A stretch of 64,000 nucleotides of DNA. Origin: Eledone cirrhosa. Lineage: Eukaryota. A model generated the notes under the pieces. The model ran no database searches and was not told the origin of the DNA. It was given only the letters and a program-made list of their open reading frames with translations. Position 1 is the stretch's first letter; each line of letters opens with the position of its first letter. Below, piece by piece: positions 1-14,080 of the stretch. Where the stretch lies: the NCBI GenBank assembly GCA_964016885.1, contig OZ024749.1, positions 4,836,001 to 4,900,000 of the forward strand, written 5' to 3'. A program made the translations under genes and the position numbers.

Positions 1-196
1 ATACAGGATGAGCACAACGGTAAAGATTTTGATTAAAATTCCATCTTTAGACAATTTACCTATTCGAGATTGAGCCATCTGTTTGGGCTTGCCTGTGCTT
101 GCCTATATATGTCGAATGTTGTGTCGACTCGTAATTGTCTTTAGAGTTGACTATTATGCGTGCGCTTTTAAGTTAAGTACAACATACCGAGATCTA

Positions 197-197
197 G

Positions 198-260
<63 letters not shown>
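197..260. repeat. (TATC)n microsatellite
   Basis: Perfect tetranucleotide run seen directly. Confidence 0.95.
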
Positions 261-322
261 GTCGAAGGTATGGTAAGGAACCAGTTGGACCATAACAATA
301 CTTAGGATAGTAGAGTAGGTAA

Positions 323-443
323 TAGGAAATCGTTTAACCCCGACAGCAGAACTCAAGCCGTTTCAACGGCTATTTCTGGACTATTTCCAGAAATAACCGT
401 CGAAACGGCTTCAGCTCTGCCGTCGGGGTAAACTTTTTCCTAT
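323..443. repeat. Short imperfect palindrome (fold-back element)
   Basis: taggaaa..accccgacagcaga..gccgtttcaacgg..tttctgga mirrored by tccagaaa..ccgtcgaaacggc..tctgccgtcggggt..tttccta. It shares accccgacggcagagct with a hairpin at about 60013-60076. Confidence 0.75.
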
Positions 444-455
444 ATATATATGTGT

Positions 456-635
456 GTTTCTACTTTAGGCACAAGGCCAGCAATAACCCAGTGTATTACT
501 GGTACTTTAATTTATCGACCCCGTAAGGATGAAAGGCAAAGTAAACCTCGGCGGGATTTGAACTCAGACCGTAAAGGGACGTAACTATGCTGGAAAGCAT
601 GGTGTCCAACTCTCTACCGATACTGACAATCCACG

Positions 636-640
<5 letters not shown>
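456..640 (-). mobile_element. tRNA-derived SINE, family A (full length)
   Basis: Reverse complement has a tRNA-like head with B-box (gagttcaaatccc), central gcctttcatccttacggggtcgataaa and tail ggccttgtgcctaaagtagaaa. Many copies occur in the window. Confidence 0.85.
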
Positions 641-716
<76 letters not shown>

Positions 717-734
717 CTGTACATAGTCAATAGT

Positions 735-960
735 CGATCGAATAGATCCTAGACCTCATTCGCCTAACGAGTTGGCTGGTGCTCATCGAATCGGACCTAG
801 GAAACAATGTTTTCATTGGTCTTTCCAATTGCTAATACTATCTGTCGGTCGGAAGTCTAGACAGAAAGAGCAACGTGAAATGAAGCATCACCCGGTGTGG
901 GAGTCGAACTCACGACTTCACGATTGCGAATACAATTCTCTAACAGATCAGCGACGTGAA
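735..960 (-). mobile_element. tRNA-derived SINE, family B (degenerate)
   Basis: Homologous to 11120-11333 (atcggacc..tctttccaattgctaatact..gcaacgtgaaat..tcgaactcac..acgattgcgaat). Confidence 0.7.
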
Positions 961-1002
961 CACGTACACAATATATACATACACACACATTATATATATA
1001 TA

Positions 1003-3018
1003 TCATCATCATCGTTTAACGTCCATCTTCCACGCTTGCATGGATTTGGACGGGAGTTTTCCCACTTGAGGCAGGAGTGGTTGCCTTGCTCGCATAGGAC
1101 TGTCTGGCGGGTTTTCTACGGCTGGATGCCCTTCCTAACACCAACCACGTTTACAGTGTGGACTGGGAGGTTTTTACCGTGTTACCTACACGGCCACATT
1201 ACAGCGTGGACTGTGTGTTTTTTTGTCGTGACACCTACACGACCTCATTTGTTTCGGACTGGATGTTGTGGTACCAACATAACTTTAAATTGAAAGGGGT
1301 GGTGTGGATGGGGTTGGGGTAGTGGGACGGGCGTGTATTTTTGTTAGAGGTGCCTACTGACTGTAGTAGGTTTCACTTTGTACTTAGGTAAGGCGGGTCT
1401 TCTGTATTACTGTGTAACGCCAAAGATCTCGGTCCTGTGACATTGTCTTGGAGAGGTGTAAGTGTGTGAGGTCGTAATTTATAAAGTCGTCCCAGGTTTT
1501 TTCTGGGTCTGCCTACTCCGTGGCTACAGTCTATTTTTATTACCCTGCACATTTTTATACAGCTGTTGTCTTTCATGCGCACCACGTGACCATACCAACG
1601 TAGTCTTCTCTCGAGTAAACAACATCTGATCCCTCTTATTTCTAATTTTTCCCTTAGTTCGTTTATGCTTTGCCGTTCACGTATATTACTATTATACATC
1701 CAGCGGAGCATGCAAGCTTCGTTCCTCTCCAGTCTGCGTATATCCTCTGCACACAATGCCAGGTCTCACTGCCATGTAACATTGCTGTTCGTATGCGGGC
1801 ATCATACAGCCTGCCTTTCATTTTTAGAGAGAACCCTTTAGCGGCTAATAGTGGTATAAACTCTCTGAACTTTTTACATCCCAGTTCTGACTCTAGCTAC
1901 TGTACTTTTAGAAGACCCTCCACCACTGCTGATTTTGTCACCCAAGTAACGGAAGGTGTCCACTATTTCTATAGAACCATCTGTGCAATGGAATGAGCTA
2001 GTATTCTGTGGGCACTTGCTGCTACTTATTGCACCAGAGCACCGGCCACATAAAATCTATGTTCTTAGTTAGCTTACCTGTGATCCAACTACATCTTTTA
2101 TGCACCCATACTTTGCATTTGGGACATAAAATGGAGTTTCTACCTACTCCTTTCCTACACACTGAGCATGGCCATTTCCCGGATGGGACCGGTGCCCTAT
2201 TTTCCTTCCTACAAACTAGAACTTTAGTCTTAGACAGGTTAATTTTAAGGCCTTTTGAATCTAGGCCATACTTCCATGTTTGGAATTTCTTCTCTAGTTC
2301 AGCCATTGATTCAGCTATGAGCGTTAGATCATCTGCGTATAGGAGTTCCCATAGGCAGCCGGTCTTGAACTCCACTGTTATAGCCTGAAGGGCAATAATA
2401 AATAGTAGGGGGCTAAGAACGGAGCCCTGATGAACACCAACATTTACGCTAAACTCTTCACTATATTCGTTGTTAATTCTAACCTTGCTGACTGTTTCTT
2501 TATACATGGCTTTTACGAGTATAGCTCTCACAAGCCATTCATCAACACCTAGTTTTCTAAGAGCCCACCAGATAATGGAACGGGGGACTCTGTCGAAGGC
2601 TTTCTCCAAGTCGACAAAAGCTAAGTATAGTGGTTTACTTTTAGCTAGGTACTTCTCCTGTAGTTGTGGTACAATGAAAAGAGCGTATGTGGTACTTTTA
2701 CCTGACACAAACCCGAACTGCATTTCATCTAGATCAATTCGCTCCCTGATTAGTTGCGCTATTACTTTTTCCATGATCTTCATGACCTGGTCGATTAATT
2801 TAATGCCTCTATAGTTACTCCTATCTAGGGCATCTCCTTAACAGTTAATGATGTAGCAGTTAATGATGATGCTGCTACGCCAGTCCTTCGGACCAACCCC
2901 ATTCTGTATGACATGGTTTACTAATCAGGTGATCATGGTGTGTCCCACCGTTCCAGAAGCTTTCAGCATTTCAGCAACTATTTCCGAAGGCCCAGCCGCC
3001 TTGCCCGTCTTCATATCT
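1003..3018 (-). mobile_element. 5'-truncated RTE-clade LINE, frameshifted
   Basis: RT motifs QFGF, FVDLEKAFDRVP, GVHQGSVLSPLLF, LLYADDL (ORF 2022-2783) and RTE C-terminus RRLRWYGHVVRM..GRPRK (ORF 1373-1756). The 3' UTR ends in a (GAT)n tail at about 1003. Confidence 0.92.
2022..2783 (-). pseudogene. RTE reverse transcriptase fragment with an embedded PHD-like Cys/His finger
   Basis: RT motifs followed by WPCSVCRKGVGRNSILCPKCKVWVHKRC. The frame breaks near 2050. Confidence 0.88.
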
Positions 3019-3122
3019 TTGATATATCTTATATATATCTTATATATATAAGATATATCAATTATGTTCATAATTATGTCTGTAGCATAGAACAAAGGAG
3101 AGACAGAAAAATTAAAAACCTA

Positions 3123-3165
3123 GTCACTGAGGAGGTCATATAATGTGTGACGAAAGAGCTTTGAC
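3123..3165 (+). ncRNA. Minimal type I hammerhead ribozyme motif
   Basis: gtca-CTGAGGA-g-gtcatat/gtgtgac hairpin-GAAA-gagc-TT-tgac. Stem I is gtca/tgac. Confidence 0.6.
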
Positions 3166-3454
3166 AATACATAAACAACCTTCCGGTTACCGAACCAACC
3201 AACCGATCGGAAACTTATAATAAATTGTAATGAAATCAATATATGCGTGTGTTTTTATTGGAAGCATGATTCTCCCTCCCAATGTTTAACAATATGTTTC
3301 CACACACGTTTTCAGATAAGAAATCTCGCAAAAGCAAATTACGTATATATATATATTTATATATACATATGTATATTATGTGTATATATACATATGTATA
3401 TATGCACATAAATGTACTCTGAGTTTTTCGAGTATTAATAATTGTTTGCAATAA

Positions 3455-3628
3455 ATTATTTCTACTGTTGGCACAGGGCCAAGCGCATTATTGGTACTTT
3501 ATTTATGGTCTGAGTTCAAATCCCGCCGAGGTTAACTTTGCCTTTCATCCTTACGGGGTCGATAAAATAAAGTACCAGTAATGCACTGTTAGATTGCTGG
3601 CCTTGTGCCTACTAAGTAGAAACAGTTA
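3455..3628 (+). mobile_element. SINE family A, 5'-truncated, preceded by an inverted copy of its own tail
   Basis: 3455-3505 is the antisense tail (ttctactgttggcacagggcc..ttggtactttattt). 3506-3628 is the sense body from the B-box to the tail. Confidence 0.75.
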
Positions 3629-3629
3629 T

Positions 3630-3673
3630 ACACATATATATATATATATGAATATACATATGTGTGTGTGTAT

Positions 3674-3748
<75 letters not shown>

Positions 3749-3817
3749 CATACACACACACACACACATACATATCTGTGTGTGTGTATGTATATATATT
3801 ATACATACACAATATTG

Positions 3818-3915
<98 letters not shown>

Positions 3916-4425
3916 TCATATATATATATATGTGTGTGTATATATATATATTCATATATATATATGTGTGTGTATATATATATCTTCATATATATATATA
4001 TATATGTGTGTGTATATATATATAAATATATATATTCATATATATGCAAAAGTTTTTTTTAAAATTATTAGGTTACAACAAGTAAATATTTTATAACCGA
4101 TATAAAGCACTCGACAAGTTTTTGGAGGAGATATACGATAGTAAACAAATGGAAACTATATTTATAAAACCATATTTATTTCATTATACATATTTCAGGG
4201 ATACCATATTAAAAATATGGCATGCATTCGTCAGATAAAATAGAATATGTAGACTGTTTTATAAATAATTGTGACGTACCATAAATATAAGCGAGCATAG
4301 ATATATATGTGTATATATATATATATTCATATATATATATATGTGTGTGTATATATATATAAATATATATATCCATATATATATATGTGTGTGTGTATAT
4401 ATATATAATTATATATATTCATAAA

Positions 4426-4465
<40 letters not shown>

Positions 4466-4556
4466 TATATATATATGTGTGTATATATATATATATATGT
4501 GTGTGTATATATATATATATATATTTCATATATATATACGGGTATATATATATATA

Positions 4557-4600
<44 letters not shown>

Positions 4601-4608
4601 TATATATA

Positions 4609-4643
<35 letters not shown>

Positions 4644-4664
4644 TCATATATATATATACGTGTA

Positions 4665-4702
<38 letters not shown>

Positions 4703-4716
4703 TATATATATACGTG

Positions 4717-4748
<32 letters not shown>

Positions 4749-4836
4749 TTCATATATATATACGTGTATATATATATATGTATATATATATATATTCATA
4801 TATATATACGTGTATATATATATATGTGTATATACA

Positions 4837-4869
<33 letters not shown>

Positions 4870-4886
4870 TCATATATATATACGTG

Positions 4887-4929
<43 letters not shown>

Positions 4930-4962
4930 TCATATATATATATGTGTGTATATATATATACA

Positions 4963-5022
<60 letters not shown>

Positions 5023-5052
5023 TTCATATATATATATGTGTGTATATATATG

Positions 5053-5088
<36 letters not shown>

Positions 5089-5108
5089 TATACATATATG
5101 TGTGTATA

Positions 5109-5166
<58 letters not shown>

Positions 5167-5172
5167 TATATA

Positions 5173-5220
<48 letters not shown>

Positions 5221-5242
5221 TTCATATATATATATATGTGTG

Positions 5243-5278
<36 letters not shown>

Positions 5279-5356
5279 TATTCATATATATATATGTGTG
5301 TATATATGTATATATATATATTCATATATATATATGTGTGTATATATATGTGTGTA

Positions 5357-5398
<42 letters not shown>

Positions 5399-5504
5399 AA
5401 TATATATGTGTGTATATAGGTGTGTATACATATATATATATATATATATTCATATATATATGTGTGTATATATGTGTGTATATATGTGTATATATATGTG
5501 TGTA

Positions 5505-5578
<74 letters not shown>

Positions 5579-5580
5579 TA
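3630..5580. repeat. Compound (CA)n/(TA)n microsatellite field, interrupted at about 4050-4300
   Basis: Direct inspection. Source of the spurious YIYI ORFs. Confidence 0.95.
4060..4290 (-). mobile_element. Small non-autonomous hammerhead-bearing element (family also at 59395-59630 and partially 63505-63625)
   Basis: Minus strand 4242-4177: tattttat-CTGACGA-hairpin-GAAA-tatgta-TA-atgaaata. Flanking homology to the two other loci (aagcactc.acaa..tggag..aaatggaaactata). Confidence 0.75.
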
Positions 5581-5584
5581 TATA

Positions 5585-6385
5585 GTTTTAATATAGATGA
5601 GATTCTATAGGACTAGAACTGTTTCATTTTTTGAGAAATCATCAGGAATCTGGGTATCAAAAGATAAATATGGTATTTATAGGCCTCTTCAGGTGGTAGG
5701 AGTGGGATGGATAGAGGTCATTGGTTGAAAGAAAAGGGAATTCATTAAATGCTAATTCTTTAAAGCTATAATTTATATTTAGAGTAACAAAGGCAGAAAG
5801 AATTCTATAAACAAGTTCAGAATGGGGTGCTAATCCTTATTTTTAAGTTTCTCTTAAGCTAACAATGCCTAGATTTCAGGTGTCTATAAGATCATTGGGG
5901 GTCAGTCATGTTTGATGGATTTAAAGAAAAAGGAAATTAGCTTTTAAAGAATTTCCCTATTGTTTAAATCCATCAACCATGACTGACCCCCAATGAACTC
6001 TATAGACACCTGAAATCTAGCATTGTTAGCTTAAGTGAAACTTAAAAATAAGGAGTGGCACCCCATTATGAACTTGTTAATAGAATTCTTTTTGCCTTTG
6101 TTACTCTAAATATAAATTATAGCTTAAAAGAATTAGCATTTAATGAATTCCCTTTTCTTTCAACCAATGACCTACACCCATCCCACTCCATACCCTCTCC
6201 TAGCACCTGAAGAGACCTATAAATAGCATATTTATTTTTTGATACCCAGATTCCTGATGATTTCTAAAGAATGAAACAGTTCTAGTCCTGTAGAATATCA
6301 TCTATATTAAAACATTTATACTCTGCTATGTATTGAGTACCTTACTTACTGTGGTTACCTCCGATTCTACTCGGAATAACGTATA

Positions 6386-6387
<2 letters not shown>
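5585..6387. mobile_element. Penelope-type pseudo-LTR in head-to-head inverted duplication
   Basis: Arms at about 5585-5944 and 5946-6313 are reverse complements, each with a hammerhead. CCAAT (about 6164) and TATAAATA (about 6218) lie upstream of the plus-strand ribozyme. Flanked by (TA)n. Confidence 0.82.
6249..6296 (+). ncRNA. Type I hammerhead ribozyme motif (mirror copy on minus strand 5601-5650)
   Basis: gattc-CTGATGA-t.ttc/taaa/gaa.t-GAAA-cag..ctg-TA-gaat. Confidence 0.7.
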
Positions 6388-6432
<45 letters not shown>

Positions 6433-6473
6433 ATATATATATATAGATATATATATATTCATATATATATGTG

Positions 6474-6522
<49 letters not shown>

Positions 6523-6528
<6 letters not shown>

Positions 6529-8880
6529 ATACCAATACCTTCTAAGGATGACTTCTTACTCCTTATGATACAGAAAACTAACCAATTTATCAGAAGAGTT
6601 AGATGGAGGGCCTACCACTTCGATACAAAATCTAAATATGCAGATAAGAAATATATGTATGATTTCAATACTTACAAGAATCCACCACACAACTCTCTAC
6701 TTGAAGACTTTGAGAAAGACCTTTTTAATTTAATTAAACACCTCAAATTTAAGAAGTATAAATCTGTCTTTCAAAAGGACCTTGATTCTACCCTATTGGA
6801 CCTAAAAAAGTCTAAAAAAATCCATGTCCACTCGGACAAAACTGGAAACTTGTATCACATGGATATTGAAGATTATAATGAGTTCATATATAAAGAACTC
6901 AGGAAAAATTATAAAGAATCTAATAATGCGTCACTCACCAACATCAACAACAAAACACACAACATAGTAAAAAAACTAAACATTGAAGATAGAACTGAAC
7001 CTTTGGCATTGAAAAGACCACACTTCAACCTGAAGGATCATAAATCAAACTTTAACTCAAATCCTTCTATAAGACTTATATGTCCCTCCAAATCTGATAT
7101 TGGAATAATTAGCAAAAACATTTTGGATAGAGTCATCCCACAAATAAGAAAACACGTTAATTTACCACTCTGGGAAAACACTTCCCAGGTAATTAACTGG
7201 TTTAAAAATATTAGATGTAAATCTTCTGCTTCTTTTCTACAATTTGATATAGATAATTACTATTCTTCTATATCACCTATACTCCTGAACAAAGCTTTAA
7301 TATTTGCTAAAAATAGTTCTAACTTAACTTTGGATGACATTAATATTATTACACATGCTAGACTAACACTTATTGAATTTCAGAATGAATACTGGACCAG
7401 AAACACATATAGTAATCTATTTGATATCACTATGGGTTCAAGCGATTCCGCCCAAATTACTGATCTTGTGGGCCTCTTTCTCCTTTTCAAAATAAATGCT
7501 TCCTTTCCCCACCTTAAAGGTGGTTTATATCGTGATGACTGTCTTCTTCTTTCCAACAACCTTAGCCTTTCAGAAATAGAAAAAAACAAAAAGCTTATTA
7601 GAACTTTCCTTAAAGACTATTATAGTCTTCATATTACTTTTGAAAACACAAGTAAAGTAGTAAATTTCCTAGCTATAACTTTAGACTTAGCTACGGGTAT
7701 CTACCAACCTTACCATAAACCCAACCAAAACTTACACTACATACACTCACAATCTAATCACACTAAATATATCCTTAAAAACCTTGCATATAATATATCA
7801 CTTAGAATTTCTAACCTTTCGTCTAACCAAGATGTATTTGATAAAAATGCGTCCTTCTATAACGAAGCTCTAGATAGAAGTGGCCACAAAAATAGATTAG
7901 AATATAAACCTTCTACTAAAAATACTATAAACATACAACCTAATATTACCAACAAACACCAAATGAAAAGTACACACCTAAATGCCACCCACACTATACC
8001 CCAAAATACCAACAACTCCTCTAATATAAAGTATAGTAACTCTCAAAAAACTACTCATCATACAACTCTAATAAATGTTAATAATAAAACTCCTAATAAA
8101 CAAGATAAAACACCTAAATCTATAAATCTAACTAAAAATGTGCGTGGTGAGATCATTAACATTAATCCCCCTAGTAAACATCACGATACAACCTATAAAA
8201 ATAATAAACAACATAGAAACCGTAATAGACGAGTTACTTGGTATAATGCTCCATTTAATTTACAAATTAAGGATAATATTGCTAAAAAATGTTTTTATAT
8301 CCTAGAGAAAAACTTCCCGCCAAACCACAAATACCATCAAATCTTAAATAGGTCAACAGTTAAATTCTCATACTCAACAACCAAAAACATAAAACAAAAT
8401 ATAAGTGCCTATAATGCATATAAATGTAAGAATACCATACGTATACCACCAATACATCAAACTAACCATAATATCTCCTCAAATACAGAATTAACGAAAG
8501 GTTGTAACTGTAGAAACAAAGCAAACTGCCCATTAAAAGGAAATTGTCTTGTTAACAACATAGTTTATAAATGTAATGTTAAAACTAAAGATTCTATTTG
8601 CTCATATATAGGAGCTACTTCTAACAATTTTAAGGTAAGGTTTAATACCCACAAACATAGTTTTAAAAATGCCGCACTAGCTAATACAACATCTCTAGCA
8701 GAAAAAATCAATAGTTATAAAAATAAGAATATAGAATATGATATGACCTGGAGTGTGCTCAAAAGAGCCACCCCTTATCAAAATAATAGAAATGAATGTA
8801 GATTATGTTCCCAAGAACTATTTGAAATAATGAAATCTAAGGATATCCTATTAAATAAGCGACAGGAATTAATTATATCG

Positions 8881-8910
<30 letters not shown>
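6523..8910 (+). CDS. Penelope-like element polyprotein (RT + C-terminal GIY-YIG endonuclease), Naiad-type; N-terminus abuts microsatellite
   Basis: Uninterrupted ORF with [33 protein letters not shown] and YHKPN..YIH motifs. Endonuclease region [52 protein letters not shown]. The ORF-track start at 6421 lies in (TA)n. Confidence 0.9.
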
Positions 8911-9900
<990 letters not shown>

Positions 9901-10129
9901 TTTCTTTCTTACATTTCCTAATACTGAAACTACTATGTAAACACATATTATGATCTAGATGCAATTTAATATTCTATGTTCCTTGAAACCTATATTTACT
10001 CTAATCCCCCCCCCCCCTATAATTATTTGTATTTGTAAGCGTGGATGTACGTATGTATATGTAGGTAGGCATGTATGTTTGGGTGCTTGTATGTGAGTAT
10101 AAAAATACATATGTGCGCATGTAAATAAG

Positions 10130-10139
10130 GGTGTATGAT

Positions 10140-10201
<62 letters not shown>

Positions 10202-10338
10202 TGTATGTATGTATGTATGTGTATGTATGTATGTATGTATGTATATGTATGTATGTGTGTGTGTATGTATGTGTATATATATATGTCTATGTGTATGTGT
10301 GTGTGTATATATACGCGTATGTGTGCGTGTATATGTGA

Positions 10339-10382
<44 letters not shown>

Positions 10383-10716
10383 GTGCATAATTGTTTGACT
10401 GTGTGTATTTATTTATTTATTTATTTATTTATTTTATTTTATATATATGAGTATATGTATATATATATGTATATATATGTGTGTATATATATGTACGTAT
10501 ATGTGTGTGTGTGTGTGTATATATTTATGTGTGTGTATATATATCTATATATATATATATATATATGGGTATATGTGTGTATGTATATCTCTTTATTTAT
10601 GTATGTCTGAGTTGTGTGAGCGTGTAGTTGTATGTGTATATGCATACATGGATGTGTGTGTTTGTGTATATATGCGTATATGTATATGTATGTGTGTGTG
10701 TGTATATGTATGTGTA

Positions 10717-10771
<55 letters not shown>

Positions 10772-10854
10772 GTGTGTGTCTATATGTGTGTGTGTATGTG
10801 TGTGTGTATATATATATGTATATATGGGTATGTATGTGTATACGTGTGTGTACA

Positions 10855-10899
<45 letters not shown>

Positions 10900-11009
10900 T
10901 GTGAATATGTATATATATATATATATATGTGTGTATGTATATGTGTCTATGTATTTATATGTGTATATGTATGTGTCTCTGTATATATGTGTGTGTATAT
11001 ATATGTATA

Positions 11010-11040
<31 letters not shown>

Positions 11041-11120
11041 GTGTATGTATATGTGTATGTATATATATGTATATATATCGATGTGTATTTTATATTTTAC
11101 CTGTTTATATATATATATAG
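10130..11120. repeat. (TA)n/(TG)n/(TATG)n microsatellite field
   Basis: Direct inspection. Confidence 0.95.
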
Positions 11121-11333
11121 GAACGATCGACTTTCGTCAAATCGGACCGAGGGAACAATGTTTCCGTTGGTCTTTCCAATTGCTAATACTATCTATCGGT
11201 CGCAACTCCAGGTAGAAGGAGCAACGTGAAATAAAGTGTCTTGCTCAAGGACATAACGCATCGCCTGGTCCAGGAATCGAACTCACAACCTTACGATTGC
11301 GAATCCAATTCTCTAACCACTCAGCCACACGCC
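11120..11333 (-). mobile_element. tRNA-derived SINE, family B (full length, CORE-like centre)
   Basis: Minus strand reads ggcgtgtggctgagtggttagag (A-box), gagttcgattcc (B-box), then gtccttgagcaagacacttta. Confidence 0.85.
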
Positions 11334-11923
11334 TTCATATATATATATTATTTTAATATTCTTCTTTTTATTTCTAAATTTATAGACACATTTTTAAATA
11401 GGCAGTTTGTCTGACACACGTAAATACTGACCCCCCCCCCCCCCAACCTACTTTCTGTATCTGGACCTAAATATATGTGGCAGTGCTTATGTGCGTGCCT
11501 TAATGTCCATATGCTTATGATGATAATAATATATACACATATATGTGTGTGTGGGTGTGTGTGTGTGTGTATGTTCGTGGTTATGTGTATGTTTATGCGT
11601 ATATGCGCGTGTGTGTGTGAATGTATGTTTATGTGTGTATATATGAATGTATATATGTTTATATACGTGTATGTATTTTATCTGTAGATTATAAACATAC
11701 AGAGACATTAGCCCTGAATTTTTGTATTTACATACATTTTTTCGACATGCGTATGCATGTGAACATATAATTTTATGCATATATGTGAACGAAGTTACTT
11801 ACATATATACACACACCTAACTGTATTTTCTGGACATATTTCTGTGTATTTCATTGGTCAATTTGAACTCTGTTCCCAAACAGACCTGTAATTTTGAATT
11901 GTTGTTATTATCAATAAATATAT

Positions 11924-12076
11924 TTCATTATTTCTGAAGACGGCATATATATGTGTTGGTATGTATATTAAATTTGATAGTTTGTATAATTTTGTATAAT
12001 TTTGTACATAGATCTGTTGAATATGCATGCCAATTCTAACACATATATGTCCTAGAAACGATCGTTAAATAATGAA
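11924..12076 (+). ncRNA. Type I hammerhead motif with long stem II insertion, within a pseudo-LTR-like element (about 11800-12275)
   Basis: ttcattattt-CTGAAGA-[ggcatatatatgtgttgg...ctaacacatatatgtcc]-GAAA-cgatcg-TT-aaataatgaa. Stem I is a perfect 10 bp. Confidence 0.72.
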
Positions 12077-12274
12077 CTTTTTTTGTTTAATATAAGGAAC
12101 TGTTTCATTGTTTTATTCATTATTTTTTTTATATTTTATCTTGACTCTGTATTCCGTTTATCTTTCACCGAAAGGGATTTTTGAATGCATCTCTTCTTTC
12201 CATGATATCCGGATTACATTGAGTTCTTCATACGGATTGGACACTACCGTAAACTCTTGGTAGATTTATCTACA

Positions 12275-12294
12275 TATATTCATATATATATATG

Positions 12295-12331
<37 letters not shown>

Positions 12332-12479
12332 TCATATATATATATGTGTATATATATATATATATATATTTGTGTGTGTAAATGAAGTAATGAAGTAACT
12401 ATATATATATATATATATTCATATATATGTGTGTATATATATATATATTTATATATATATTCATATATATTCATATATA

Positions 12480-12525
<46 letters not shown>

Positions 12526-12609
12526 TATATATGTGTGTATATTTATATATATATATATATTCATATATATATGTGTATATATATATATATTCATATATAT
12601 ATATGTGTG

Positions 12610-12655
<46 letters not shown>

Positions 12656-12673
12656 TATATATATATATGTGTG

Positions 12674-12709
<36 letters not shown>

Positions 12710-12781
12710 TATATATATATATATGCGTGTATAAATATATATATATATATGTGTGTATATATATATATATATTCATACATA

Positions 12782-12814
<33 letters not shown>

Positions 12815-13980
12815 TCATACATATGTATTCATATATATATATATGCGTGTATAAATATATATATGTGTGTATATATATATATATATTCATACATATGTGT
12901 GCATATCTATATATATATATTCATATATATATGTGTGCATATATATATATATATACATATTCATATATATGTGTGCATATATATATATATAAATATATAT
13001 ATATATACATATATATGTGTGAATATATATATATATATATATTCATATATATGTGTGAATATATATATATATATATATATTCATATATATGTGTAGATAT
13101 ATATATATATATATTCATATAATTGTGTGTATATATATTTATATATATATATATATTCATATATATATATGTGTGTGTATATATATATATTCATATATAT
13201 GTATATATATATATATATGTGTGTTTGTGCGTATGTGTTCCTTAATTTTCAGCTCAGTGTTATTCTTAATTCTGGTATTGTTGATGTTTAATATATCTCC
13301 TGCAAGAGACAGCTGGCTTTGGGAATGACGTCTCTGTTGACATACGATATTTACATTTGGCTGTAATTTCTTAATGTTTCTAGCTATATGATAAAATGGT
13401 AAAACTATTTCCAAAGATATTTCCTATAAGTGTTTTCATACGAAGTATTTAGTTTCATAAGGGGAAAGTGAAGTAAAAACAATACTCATCAACATATAGT
13501 GCATACATACACGCGCACACACATACACACGCACACACCCAGACACACCCGCACACACACATACACACGCACACACCCAAACGCACTCACACTCACAGAT
13601 ACGTCTGTGTGTGTGTGTATATATCAATATATTGTCCATATATGAAAATAAACATACACACACACACACATATATATATGTATGTTTGTATGTAAATATA
13701 TGAATATAGATATGTATGTATGTGATTGTGTATATATGTATGTTTGTATGTAAATGTATGAATATATGTATCCATGTATGAAAATAAACACACACATACA
13801 CACCCATATATATACATATATATATGTATGTATGTATGTATGTTTTTATGTAAATATATGAATATATATATATGTGTTTGTGTATATGTATATGAATATA
13901 TATATACAACGTGTGTGTTTGTCTAGATATGCATATGTGTCTGTGTATATGCATTTGTGTTTCTGTGTGTGTGTATATAT

Positions 13981-14071
<91 letters not shown>

Positions 14072-14080
14072 GTGTGTGTT
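12275..14080. repeat. (TA)n/(CA)n microsatellite field with a unique island at about 13220-13495
   Basis: Direct inspection. Confidence 0.9.

Noticed and set aside
4387-5610. Long YIYI/CVCV ORFs here and throughout the window
   Set aside because: Translations of (TA)n/(TG)n microsatellites, which lack stop codons by composition.
6421-6522. ATG start of the 829-aa ORF
   Set aside because: Lies in a microsatellite. PLE homology starts only at about 6523.
11255-11333. Functional tRNA gene
   Set aside because: The tRNA-like head continues into a SINE body found in multiple copies, and no complete acceptor stem is evident.
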